Source of the DNA: Escherichia phage vB_Eco_F31
Length of the DNA stretch: 64,000 nucleotides
Sequence record: OP870147.1
Strand: one strand, 5' to 3'
Below the pieces are notes generated by a model. It was given only the letters and a program-made list of their open reading frames with translations. It did not search any database and had not been told where the DNA came from. The stretch's first letter is position 1, and each line of letters begins with the position of its first letter. Of the stretch, positions 18,512 to 27,351 are shown piece by piece. Made by a program: the position numbers and the translations under genes.

Positions 18512-18797
18512 CTGTGATTTCGGTTACGATATCTTTGTTATCGAAATTAGGGTCACAATACAAAACATAGTTGTACTGCATGATACCGCCAGACTTAAGT
18601 TGTTCAACAACTTTATTAACCATATTAGGACGGTCTCGTTTAGTGATGTTCATAATATCAGAGAAGATTTGTTGTTCAACATCTTCTTGATTTGCAGTCA
18701 TTGACCACTCACAGAGGTCTTTATCATAACCTGCCGTAACTGGAGCCGGTGCACATGATACTGCAAGTAAGATTGCTGCCAATGATAACTTTTTCAT
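18504..18797 (-). CDS. sp: periplasmic protein with signal peptide, Sp (spackle)-like
   Basis: 97 aa; N-terminal signal peptide (MKKLSLAAILLAVSCAPA); size and position match T4 sp. Confidence 0.5.
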   Translation of the reverse strand: MKKLSLAAILLAVSCAPAPVTAGYDKDLCEWSMTANQEDVEQQIFSDIMNITKRDRPNMVNKVVEQLKSGGIMQYNYVLYCDPNFDNKDIVTEITGE

Positions 18798-18827
18798 TTT
18801 AACTCCTTAGTTGATTTGATAGGACTA

Positions 18828-18857
18828 CTATACTATAGTCCATCTATAATGTAAACA
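18828..18857 (-). promoter_or_regulatory. early promoter upstream of sp
   Basis: Minus strand GTTTAC-N17-TATAGT-AGTCCTATC. Confidence 0.5.
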
Positions 18858-18860
18858 AGT

Positions 18861-19109
18861 TTATTCTTTTTCGCGAATAATAATTACTTGTTGAGGCTGC
18901 TGAGCCGATTTCTTTTCGGCAACGATAGACCAAATTAAAGTTCCAATCCAACCAACCATCGTCCAGTTAAAGAGTAAAGATACAAAGAAGATTGCTGTTG
19001 TGCTTTTTGTGCCACGAATAAGTGCGATTACCCAAGGCAACATGTAAATGATGATTGAACCAATACCTGCGATTAAAACTGCTACTGAACTAGCTACGAA
19101 TAATTCCAT
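18861..19109 (-). CDS. small membrane protein (2 TM)
   Basis: 82 aa, two hydrophobic helices; 61.4 position. Confidence 0.45.
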   Translation of the reverse strand: MELFVASSVAVLIAGIGSIIIYMLPWVIALIRGTKSTTAIFFVSLLFNWTMVGWIGTLIWSIVAEKKSAQQPQQVIIIREKE

Positions 19110-19170
19110 GTTAATTTCCTCTTGATTTGTTATGTTTATAGTATCTTATTTTAACTTTGGTGTAAACCAA

Positions 19171-19539
19171 TTAATTAAATTTGTTTAAACGTTCAATACA
19201 CTGGACGTAGTTATTCGCGATTTGTTTCTGGGTAGGCTCTTTACCAGTTGTTTCAACATAGCGAATGAATGCAATTTCAGTAGCCTGTAGACAATGTTCT
19301 TTAACGCGTTGTTCTTTTGACAATGCTACAGTATCAGAATCACGATAACGTTGAGCATGAGCATCAGCTTGAATCATTCGATTACCTACAGTAACCGGGT
19401 CTTCCACTTCAACTTTAGGTTGGTCGTACTGTTTAACATTCGGATTGTAAATCAGTTGGCCAACGTTATTAGGGATAAAGCCATGGGCACCACATCCGGT
19501 TAATCCAAATACCATTGCTAAAGCGATTAATTTTTTCAT
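19171..19539 (-). CDS. putative lipoprotein
   Basis: 122 aa; signal peptide with lipobox LTGC; no T4 counterpart that I recall. Confidence 0.5.
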   Translation of the reverse strand: MKKLIALAMVFGLTGCGAHGFIPNNVGQLIYNPNVKQYDQPKVEVEDPVTVGNRMIQADAHAQRYRDSDTVALSKEQRVKEHCLQATEIAFIRYVETTGKEPTQKQIANNYVQCIERLNKFN

Positions 19540-19568
19540 TTCAATTTCCTCTGTAGTTGATAGAAAGA

Positions 19569-19598
19569 TAGTAACACAGTATGTGGTGCTTGTAAACA
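19569..19598 (-). promoter_or_regulatory. early promoter upstream of the lipoprotein gene
   Basis: Minus strand GTTTAC-N17-TTACTA. Confidence 0.4.
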
Positions 19599-19610
19599 GT
19601 TATTTTAAAA

Positions 19611-19799
19611 TTATCGAAAATCTGCTTCAAAAACTTTCTCGTCATTAACAAATGCTTTAACTAATGCGTTGTTCACTTCAGCAAGTTGTACCGCAACCCA
19701 CTCGATTTCTTCACGGTCACCTGATAACATGATATCTTTAGTGAACATATTATCATTTTTAAACCAGCCAATAAAAGTAACTTTAGTTAATTTGCTCAT
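19611..19799 (-). CDS. dmd: Dmd antitoxin (discriminator of mRNA degradation)
   Basis: about 62 aa from MSKLTKVTFIGWFKNDNMFTK, matching T4 Dmd as recalled; ATGA-coupled to the upstream ORF. Confidence 0.7.
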   Translation of the reverse strand: MSKLTKVTFIGWFKNDNMFTKDIMLSGDREEIEWVAVQLAEVNNALVKAFVNDEKVFEADFR

Positions 19800-20113
19800 A
19801 TTTCCTCGCAAAATGCCCATTCAGCATGATATACTGTAGCACCTTTAGTATCATTCATTTGAACTACATCTACCGGAGAAATTACTCGATAGAGACGTGG
19901 TTCACCTCCATAAGAGCGTGCTGCTCGTCCTGCATAAATCTTTGCTAAACCGATATCTTCAGTAAAGAATACACGATCCAAGTTTTTCTTACGTCCTGTT
20001 TCAGACAGAACTCCTGTTTCCTCAGGAGGACAAAGCATGTTTTCGATGTTAGCTGAACTACTTGAACCGTGATAAAAAATCTTAAATTCTGCTTTACAAT
20101 CGATGGTTTTCAT
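19796..20113 (-). CDS. hypothetical protein (HGS...Y...Y...E arrangement)
   Basis: 105-aa ORF translationally coupled to dmd; own early promoter. Confidence 0.5.
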   Translation of the reverse strand: MKTIDCKAEFKIFYHGSSSSANIENMLCPPEETGVLSETGRKKNLDRVFFTEDIGLAKIYAGRAARSYGGEPRLYRVISPVDVVQMNDTKGATVYHAEWAFCEEI

Positions 20114-20139
20114 TTTGTTCTCCAGTAGTTGATAGGTCT

Positions 20140-20169
20140 ATAATAACACAACTACTGGAGAAGTAAACT
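20140..20169 (-). promoter_or_regulatory. early promoter upstream of the 105-aa ORF and dmd
   Basis: Minus strand GTTTAC-N17-TATTAT-AGACCTATCAAC; inverted repeat CCAGTAGTT/AACTACTGG around the -10. Confidence 0.55.
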
Positions 20170-20543
20170 TAAAAATGTAATTTAGATACATCTGCGTTGA
20201 TTTCGGTTTGGTTTGCGTCATATGCAATTAAACGAACCGCTTTAGATGGGTCATTCAATGCATAGAAATGATGGAACATTGCTCGAACGATATCACCATT
20301 TACGAGTTCTACCTGGATAGGAGAACCTTTTTCGAGTTGGAAATGTTCATAAGCTTTGATGGTTCGTAGATAATCAAGTTTTTGATTTCCAGCTCCAACA
20401 ATTTGTACGATACGTTTGCCCATGTTTTCCATACGAGATACAATAGTTTTAGGAGCAAGAATAACGTAGGTTGCCAGCGGAGAAACTACTTCAACAGTTG
20501 TGTTTTCGGTGATTGCAGTAAAAATTGCTTGAGACATATTCAT
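20169..20543 (-). CDS. hypothetical protein
   Basis: 124-aa ORF between gene 41 and dmd. Confidence 0.5.
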   Translation of the reverse strand: MNMSQAIFTAITENTTVEVVSPLATYVILAPKTIVSRMENMGKRIVQIVGAGNQKLDYLRTIKAYEHFQLEKGSPIQVELVNGDIVRAMFHHFYALNDPSKAVRLIAYDANQTEINADVSKLHF

Positions 20544-20573
20544 AATGTTTTCCTCTTGGTTGGTGTAAGTACA

Positions 20574-20603
20574 TCATATCATGCCTAGAGGAAGATGTAA
20601 ACC
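20574..20603 (-). promoter_or_regulatory. early promoter downstream of gene 41
   Basis: Minus strand GTTTAC-N17-ATATGA immediately after the UUCG hairpin. Confidence 0.35.
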
Positions 20604-20606
20604 CCT

Positions 20607-20628
20607 AAAGGAGACCGAAGTCTCCTTT
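20607..20628 (-). terminator. stable UUCG hairpin downstream of gene 41 (terminator or RNA stability element)
   Basis: AAAGGAGAC-TTCG-GTCTCCTTT; no U-run on the minus strand, so function uncertain. Confidence 0.35.
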
Positions 20629-20630
20629 CA

Positions 20631-22073
20631 TTAAAATTTTAACTCGTTGGCTAAGCTATCTAGGTCAGCACGTGTTGCTTTGGCTTTACCTACGCGTTCC
20701 GTACGATTCACCTCTGCCTGACGCATCTGAGCACCTGCGTTTTCATTTACTGTGTTAGGTGTGTTCATGCCTTCTTGCTCAATCTCAATCCATTTCTGGT
20801 TGCCTTTACGTACACCCATCAGGAATTTATTCCACTTATTCTTATCACCATATCGTGATTTGATTTGTTTGATAAGTTGTTGTTCAGCTTGTGCAAGTTC
20901 TTCGGTTTCAATTACAGCCAACATGAAATCTGCCGTTGCTGGTAAACCTGCTGATTCTGCAATATCGCTCATGTTCATATCCGAAGCATCCCATGCTGCA
21001 CGTCCTACTTGAGCTGCAGTCCATAGAACTGTTTCAGATTCTACTGCTAATGCACGAAGTTCTTCTGCGATAGCTTTAACTAATGTGTAGCTATTTTCAG
21101 TGTAAACTCTGATACGACAAGACCCACAAATACCTAAGTAATCAACCATGATTACAGATGGAACAAAGTTCTTCTTAAGTTTTAACTCATTAAGCAATGC
21201 ACGGAATGTATTAGCATTAGCTCCGCCAGTAGGATACTGCTTAACTACTAAACGTCCTAATGTTGTTTTTGAACGCCATTTTTCCATCTTGGCTTTATAT
21301 TCAGCATAAGATACGTTACCATCATCAATATCATCGAGTGATACGTCAAGCATGTTTGCATCTATACGCTTAGCACAAACTTCTTCAGCCATTTCCATGG
21401 AAATATAAAGAACATTATGACCTGTTTGAAGATAATCTGCAGCAAGTGAACAAAGGCCTAAAGATTTACCGACGTTAACACCAGCCATTAAAACGTTTAG
21501 TGTACCTGTTTCAGCACCACCTTTAGTGATTTTATTCAAAATGTTTAATTTGAACGGGACCTTACGTGCTTTATTTAGATAAGAAAGCCAGCGTGCTTCG
21601 TAGTCTTCCATCCAGTCATGTCCAACATAACTATCGAACGAAATTGAAAGTGCTTGACGCATAATATCAGGAATAGCTCCTACGTCAGGCATTTTCTTGT
21701 TACGTTGTTCTGGAGGTAGTTCAGCATTAGACTGAATCTCAATGATTTTGGACGTAGCATTATACATCGCTTTTTGCTGGACATATTTCTCAGTTTCTTT
21801 AACCAACCATTCGTGGTCTTCAGGAGTATCAGCCAATTTTTCAATTAGGTCTGAAGTTCCTTTATATTCGGCTTCAGTTAAAGAACTGTTATCTAAAGCC
21901 ACCTTTAACGCATTGATAGATGGCATTGCATTATATTCGTTAACGTGGCTCTTTATAATTTTAAAGACATTTTTTGCCGGTCCACGCTCAAAATACTCAG
22001 AATCCATATAAGGCCAGACCTTAGAAAAATAAGCCTGGTCATATACTAGATGAGACAAAATAATTTCTACCAC
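20631..22073 (-). CDS. 41: replicative DNA helicase gp41 (DnaB-like)
   Basis: 480 aa; Walker A GVNVGKS; near-colinear with T4 gp41 as recalled. Confidence 0.9.
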   Translation of the reverse strand: MVEIILSHLVYDQAYFSKVWPYMDSEYFERGPAKNVFKIIKSHVNEYNAMPSINALKVALDNSSLTEAEYKGTSDLIEKLADTPEDHEWLVKETEKYVQQKAMYNATSKIIEIQSNAELPPEQRNKKMPDVGAIPDIMRQALSISFDSYVGHDWMEDYEARWLSYLNKARKVPFKLNILNKITKGGAETGTLNVLMAGVNVGKSLGLCSLAADYLQTGHNVLYISMEMAEEVCAKRIDANMLDVSLDDIDDGNVSYAEYKAKMEKWRSKTTLGRLVVKQYPTGGANANTFRALLNELKLKKNFVPSVIMVDYLGICGSCRIRVYTENSYTLVKAIAEELRALAVESETVLWTAAQVGRAAWDASDMNMSDIAESAGLPATADFMLAVIETEELAQAEQQLIKQIKSRYGDKNKWNKFLMGVRKGNQKWIEIEQEGMNTPNTVNENAGAQMRQAEVNRTERVGKAKATRADLDSLANELKF

Positions 22074-22082
22074 GATAACTCC

Positions 22083-22424
22083 TTAAAAGAATTTAAATTT
22101 TTTCTTGGTCCGTTCATTAAAAGCTTGTTGTACTTGCATTGTAACACATTTTTCAACATGTGGTGCAAGTTCTGCTTTTCTGTCCTGGTCAAGAACTGCA
22201 AAGTCCATTACGATTTTACCATCAACCCAGTCTAGTTTTGTAATATAGACTATATGATGGGAACCGTCTTCAAGTGTAATCAGAATCTCTTGAATGACAT
22301 TTTCCATTGCTGAACGGACAATTTTAAGAGATTCATTAAACACTCGTTCTTTGCGAATGTCTTCCCCTTCCGAAGAAGGGGATTCATCAACGATTTCTAG
22401 ATTTAAATCATCGAGATTATTCAT
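22083..22424 (-). CDS. 40: gp40-like head assembly protein
   Basis: about 113 aa from MNNLDDLNLEIV; between 41 and uvsX as in T4. Confidence 0.5.
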   Translation of the reverse strand: MNNLDDLNLEIVDESPSSEGEDIRKERVFNESLKIVRSAMENVIQEILITLEDGSHHIVYITKLDWVDGKIVMDFAVLDQDRKAELAPHVEKCVTMQVQQAFNERTKKKFKFF

Positions 22425-23589
22425 CGAAATCTTCCATTTCGTCAAGGTCGTTTTCTATATCTGCTGCAGACGGAGCATCAGAAGTTTTAACCGGAACTTT
22501 AGTTGTTGCTTTGCAATTAATAAGGTCGTTAACAGCGTCATCAACTTCTTTAATAGAAGAGATAGCACCTAGTTTATATTTAGTTTCAATTGCATCTCGG
22601 AAAGGTTTGTGTTTAAACAACGGTCCCCAGAATTCTACACAATCAGTAGCTTTAGCACGCCATGATTTTTCTTCACGAATCATTTCGCCTGTTTCTTCGT
22701 CAAGGAATTCGCGAGCATACCACCCGGCTTTAGGCTTAACTACAAAACCAATTTCAGTTGCCATTTCTAACAAGCCACTGAACGGGTCGATACCACCATC
22801 GAAATTAACCGTGATCGGGAAAGTAGATTTCTCTTTAACCGTGCGAGATTTTTCTGCTTTCAACGTGAAGTCATAACCGGTCAATTCTGTACCTTCTTTA
22901 ACCTGACGTTTAGAGATAAAGAATACAGTGTTAGCAGAGTAAAGAATACCTGTACCACCACCCATAATCTCTTTAGGATATAGTCCGCCGATTTCCATTG
23001 CTGTATGGTTGATTGCAACACACGGAATATCTTTAATAGTCAGATAAGGAGTCACAATACGGAACAGAGATTTAAGTGCCTTAGCACGAGACATATCACC
23101 TACGACTTTCTCGTTCAATGCATCTTCGGTTTCTTTCTTAGATGCAGTATTACCGATTGAATCGATAAAGATAATAACTTTATCACCCCGTTCAATCGCG
23201 TCAAGCTGATTAGTCATATCAACTTTAAGTTGTTCGACGGATTGAATCGGAGTATGAACTACACGGTCTAAATCAACACCCATTGAACGAAAATAAGATT
23301 CTGAAGCACCGAATTCCGAATCATAGAACAAACAGATTGCATCTTTATATTTCTTCATATATGCTGCAACCATGGTCAGTCCAAACAATGTTTTAAAATG
23401 TTTAGAAGGTGCAGCAAAAATAGTCAAGCCTGATTGCAATCCTGCATTCAGAGCACCACCTAGTGCGATATTCAACATCGGAATACGAGTAGGGACTTCA
23501 TCACGATTATTAAACAGCTTAGACTTAGTCAAGTCTGCAGTCATTTTAGAAGTAGAAGCTTTAATCAGACGAGATTTTAAATCAGACAT
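22417..23589 (-). CDS. uvsX: UvsX recombinase (RecA-like)
   Basis: 390 aa; RecA fold motifs; acidic C-terminus; T4 UvsX is 391 aa. Confidence 0.85.
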   Translation of the reverse strand: MSDLKSRLIKASTSKMTADLTKSKLFNNRDEVPTRIPMLNIALGGALNAGLQSGLTIFAAPSKHFKTLFGLTMVAAYMKKYKDAICLFYDSEFGASESYFRSMGVDLDRVVHTPIQSVEQLKVDMTNQLDAIERGDKVIIFIDSIGNTASKKETEDALNEKVVGDMSRAKALKSLFRIVTPYLTIKDIPCVAINHTAMEIGGLYPKEIMGGGTGILYSANTVFFISKRQVKEGTELTGYDFTLKAEKSRTVKEKSTFPITVNFDGGIDPFSGLLEMATEIGFVVKPKAGWYAREFLDEETGEMIREEKSWRAKATDCVEFWGPLFKHKPFRDAIETKYKLGAISSIKEVDDAVNDLINCKATTKVPVKTSDAPSAADIENDLDEMEDFDE

Positions 23590-23599
23590 TGTATTTTTC

Positions 23600-23650
23600 C
23601 ATAGGCATCATTATATTTTACTCATGTTTAAAAGATAAGACGATTATATA
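23600..23650 (-). promoter_or_regulatory. putative middle promoter upstream of uvsX
   Basis: ATGCTGTAT (MotA-box-like) about 11 nt upstream of TATATAAT on the minus strand. Confidence 0.3.
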
Positions 23651-23687
23651 CTAAGGGTTATACAGCATTTAAAACTTTAAATGGCTC

Positions 23688-24236
23688 TTAACGAGCCCAT
23701 TTGATGATTTCTGTAATCAAACCATTACGTTCGCTTGCATTAAATCCTATAACTTTGTTAGCACCATCATGATTAAGTAATTGATACGTTTGGATTTTGT
23801 TATGAATTGCAAACTCTTCAAAATGTGAAATGACTGTATTAAAACCGAATGAAGACAAAGTAATAAGGTCGTCTTCAAAACTTTCAGTCATTTCGTTACG
23901 TGTTAAAATAATTGTGAACACATCATGGTTTTGGCAAAGACGAACATAATCCTGCTCATAAACATCAAGAACAGAGGCCGCATCTTGTCGAATACGTCCA
24001 TAAACCCAGTTACTAATATATCCACGGTCTAACAGATAAATCTTAGTAGGGTCTAAATAATTCAACATCGTTTCGAAACAACCAACTTCATTTCGAGACT
24101 TAACATCGAAACGTCCATCAACTGTTCGTTTAGGGAAATCAATCTTTACATATCTTTCACTAATTTCCATTATGTCATTAATGAAAGTTGTTTTACCGGC
24201 ATTATCCGGGCCATCTACTAAAATAATTTTAGCCAT
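23688..24236 (-). CDS. P-loop kinase (NMP-kinase-like fold), substrate unknown
   Basis: 182 aa; N-terminal Walker A ILVDGPDNAGKTT; occupies the T4 beta-gt locus. Confidence 0.55.
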   Translation of the reverse strand: MAKIILVDGPDNAGKTTFINDIMEISERYVKIDFPKRTVDGRFDVKSRNEVGCFETMLNYLDPTKIYLLDRGYISNWVYGRIRQDAASVLDVYEQDYVRLCQNHDVFTIILTRNEMTESFEDDLITLSSFGFNTVISHFEEFAIHNKIQTYQLLNHDGANKVIGFNASERNGLITEIIKWAR

Positions 24237-24237
24237 T

Positions 24238-25137
24238 TTATTCCTCGATTACGACATCTTCGTATTTAGGTATATTATACGGCGAAGAAATTAAAGCATT
24301 AAAGTAGATGAACTCACCAAGACCTGGATGGAATACTTCTTCAGGATTTTCGAAATATTGAATCTTCGGACGTCCTTTAAGAATTTGATAGTACTCAGTT
24401 TTAGTTGGTTTAAAAATTCTAATCAACGCTTCTTCAGGATACTTATTTCTGTCAAAGCTACTATTTGGATCAGTTATATAAAGCGGTTGACCTAATTGAA
24501 TTGCACATTCAACCACTTGTTCAAAACGATAGCACGGGTCACTAATTCGAAATGGATGAAAAATACCATCTAGATGAATAGGAGCCAAATCACCTACAAG
24601 ACGCTGCATGATGGAAGGACGTATAACTTTCTGAGTTACGATAATCTTATTACCATCTGCACCTGCGTTAACCAGCACTTCTTTTTGACGTTCATTCAAC
24701 ACAGTAGTTTGAAGTGAACGATTAACTGACAACATATCGGTTTTTAAGAATTCGTCAATATAAAAACGTGGTTTATTAGGGTCTGCCGTGATATTGAAAT
24801 TGAATTCTACATCAAAAGCGCCGTCATATCCAGTGATATCTGTTATTAGAAAATCACAATCATAATAAGCAATTAATGAATCAACCACAAATTCATTTTC
24901 AGACCAGAAATATTTACGAGTGTTATACGCGTTATCTTTATACCATAATGGAACAAACTTAAATTCCGGGAAAAGACGTTCACATTCTTTAATATCAGAT
25001 GCATTACGTGGATATGTAATCACATCACCTGGATTAGCACGGTGCAAATGAAGTTGGAAGTTGCCATCCTTAAGGATAGCATACTGTCCAGTTTCATAAG
25101 ACCGCATACTCAAAATAGGTACGCGGAAAATAGCCAT
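24238..25137 (-). CDS. hypothetical protein at the beta-glucosyltransferase syntenic position
   Basis: 299 aa; no motif I can assign; 1-nt gap to the kinase and 1-nt overlap with gene 42. Confidence 0.5.
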   Translation of the reverse strand: MAIFRVPILSMRSYETGQYAILKDGNFQLHLHRANPGDVITYPRNASDIKECERLFPEFKFVPLWYKDNAYNTRKYFWSENEFVVDSLIAYYDCDFLITDITGYDGAFDVEFNFNITADPNKPRFYIDEFLKTDMLSVNRSLQTTVLNERQKEVLVNAGADGNKIIVTQKVIRPSIMQRLVGDLAPIHLDGIFHPFRISDPCYRFEQVVECAIQLGQPLYITDPNSSFDRNKYPEEALIRIFKPTKTEYYQILKGRPKIQYFENPEEVFHPGLGEFIYFNALISSPYNIPKYEDVVIEE

Positions 25138-25853
25138 TAGTCAAGGAATCCTTTAACATAATCAAAATCACGTTCAAACACATGGGCACTTACCATGGTA
25201 TGAGTATAATCACCAACTTCTACACCGCATTCGTTAGCGATATAATGAAGTAATTTTCCTTGGAGATAAAAATCCAACTGCATAACAACAGCACAGTTCT
25301 GAGAACGCATATGACAGTGGGTATAAAGCTTACCATCACGAATATAATAAGTCACTGAGTCAGTACATGGATATTCAAGCGTTTCGTCTGAATCAAGCAA
25401 AGCCTGATCAGAACTTTCTAGAATTTGGAACACAACTCTTCGGGAGTTAGGCTTCTCTTTAAGTTCTTTTAGAAGAGCTGGTAATTGGGCCACAATGCGA
25501 GGACCGTAGAAAGTGTTGAAGTTTGCAGGCAAAGCGTCTGATTTAGGTTTAGAAATAAATTTAGCGACATTAGGATATGCCTTAAACGCTTCTTCTGCAT
25601 CAGTACCACCAGAAATCATAAACTTCCAGAAGTCTTCGGCATATTCATAAGAGATGCGGTTAATACGTGGGTCGGTCATTTTGAATGTTGACGGAGTGTC
25701 AACAACTACTGTCATAGACCCAATTTCATTACAACGTCCAATACGAGAATCAGTTACGAATTCCGGGTTTTCTAAAATTTCACGATTGACTGCTTTAAAT
25801 GCGGCTTGAAAATCTGCGGCTTTGATATATTTCATTGTGTTATGTTTTCCCAT
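25137..25853 (-). CDS. 42: dCMP hydroxymethylase (thymidylate-synthase fold), gp42-like
   Basis: 238 aa; YPCTDSVTYYI (catalytic Cys) and RSQN motifs parallel T4 gp42. Confidence 0.65.
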   Translation of the reverse strand: MGKHNTMKYIKAADFQAAFKAVNREILENPEFVTDSRIGRCNEIGSMTVVVDTPSTFKMTDPRINRISYEYAEDFWKFMISGGTDAEEAFKAYPNVAKFISKPKSDALPANFNTFYGPRIVAQLPALLKELKEKPNSRRVVFQILESSDQALLDSDETLEYPCTDSVTYYIRDGKLYTHCHMRSQNCAVVMQLDFYLQGKLLHYIANECGVEVGDYTHTMVSAHVFERDFDYVKGFLD

Positions 25854-25895
25854 GTTTACCTCAATACAATTTATTATATACTCGATTCGTAAAGC

Positions 25896-26135
25896 TTATT
25901 TGAATTTCTTGGCAGTGTTGATATACCGTAAAGCTTCAGCATCGATACTTCCAAGAACACTATGAAGAAATGCATCAGCGTAGTATTCCAATTGAACAGG
26001 TTCTTTAATCACTTTAGCCGCTTTGGTTTCAAACAGGCCCATAAGGGCCTTTTTAAGAATTTGTTCGTTAGTGTTCAGTTTAATAGTCAAAATCTCTTCG
26101 TTAAGTTTATAATTAAAACTTTTTCTAGAAATCAT
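25896..26135 (-). CDS. hypothetical protein
   Basis: 79-aa ORF. Confidence 0.4.
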   Translation of the reverse strand: MISRKSFNYKLNEEILTIKLNTNEQILKKALMGLFETKAAKVIKEPVQLEYYADAFLHSVLGSIDAEALRYINTAKKFK

Positions 26136-27292
26136 TCCGGGTACCTCAAAGCGTCATCAGAGTTAGTTATATCAATAATAGATATAGAGTTTTCTGCTAA
26201 CCCGTTTTTAGATAATTGACGTTTATAATACCTTTCACAATATGTACACGTTGACCCACAGATTTCATTAGCACAATCAAAATCTGGATGTCTGAACCAC
26301 CTTTTTTCTAAAAAGCCATCTAACAAAGAGGTTTCAATATTTACTGTATGTGAAAACTCAGTTTCATTTTCAAGAGTGAAAATAGTCTCTAAAGGCTTCC
26401 ACAGTTCTAACAAATTACCTTCAAACTTTTCAGAAGCGTATGCTTCAAGAACTTTCAAAATGTAGTCTGTGCTACCTGTACGTCCTGAAACTTTGAATTG
26501 AGTGATACCGATATCATTATAAAGTTTCAAATCTTGAGGACGAACAAAACGAGTTCTCAACCAGTTAAATGGGTCTGTATCACGAGCTTTAATGCAGTGT
26601 TGCATTGGATACCCGTTTAAGGATTTAGCATCATCAGCTGTAACATCAGTACTATGGAAAATATAGCAAGAGTCACGATAGCTACAATGTGTTGTATACC
26701 CTTTACCAGCATTAGAACAGAACTCATTTACAAGAACTTCAAATATTATATTGTTCTTATTGCAAAACTCTGCTGCACGCTTCAGGAAAGAAACTGAACG
26801 GTTCTTATGAATTCCACAGCAGACCTTTTTGATATTGTATTGGTCATGTAAGTATTTGATTTGAGTTACAGCATCGACATGTAGAATTGTTGAAACTTCA
26901 ATCTCAATGTCTTTATTGACTTCACGAACAATTTCCATAACAACAGGGTTAGCGATAGTAATACGCCATACGCCTATTGACCAAAGATACTGAACATAAT
27001 CCTGAATAGCTTTCTTCTTCCACTCGACTAGTTCTCTTTTTGAACCAGGATTTATCGTGTTGAGTGTATAGTTAAAGCAAATACCTAATTCGTTACAACG
27101 TTTAACGTAATCTTCTAACATCTTTTTGTCAACGTCAGGAAGCCTAAAATCAGGTCTGGCTGCTACAAAAGCCATTTCTCTTGTAGAGCCGTATACTTCG
27201 TTTATCAAGCTATTAGGATAAGTTTTATTGAGCTCTACGATTTTATCAAGAAGAGCTAAATCAAAATTCGTTCCGATTTTAAAAGTATTCAT
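26132..27292 (-). CDS. Cys-rich putative Fe-S enzyme (possible U32-peptidase-like TIM-barrel family)
   Basis: 386 aa; central NEFCSNAGKGYTTHCSY and C-terminal CANEICGSTCTYC (CX3CX3CX2C) clusters. Confidence 0.4.
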   Translation of the reverse strand: MNTFKIGTNFDLALLDKIVELNKTYPNSLINEVYGSTREMAFVAARPDFRLPDVDKKMLEDYVKRCNELGICFNYTLNTINPGSKRELVEWKKKAIQDYVQYLWSIGVWRITIANPVVMEIVREVNKDIEIEVSTILHVDAVTQIKYLHDQYNIKKVCCGIHKNRSVSFLKRAAEFCNKNNIIFEVLVNEFCSNAGKGYTTHCSYRDSCYIFHSTDVTADDAKSLNGYPMQHCIKARDTDPFNWLRTRFVRPQDLKLYNDIGITQFKVSGRTGSTDYILKVLEAYASEKFEGNLLELWKPLETIFTLENETEFSHTVNIETSLLDGFLEKRWFRHPDFDCANEICGSTCTYCERYYKRQLSKNGLAENSISIIDITNSDDALRYPE

Positions 27293-27351
27293 TTTTTTTG
27301 CATCTCGCGTTAATTGATGCGATGGTTTTTTTGCAGGTCTTACTTAAATTA

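Noticed and set aside
27292-27351. Short hairpin flanked by T-runs on both sides (ttttttttGCATC...GATGCgatggttttttt) as a bidirectional terminator
   Set aside because: On the transcribed minus strand the flanks are A-runs, not U-runs, and there is no plus-strand gene to terminate; probably AT-rich intergenic spacer.
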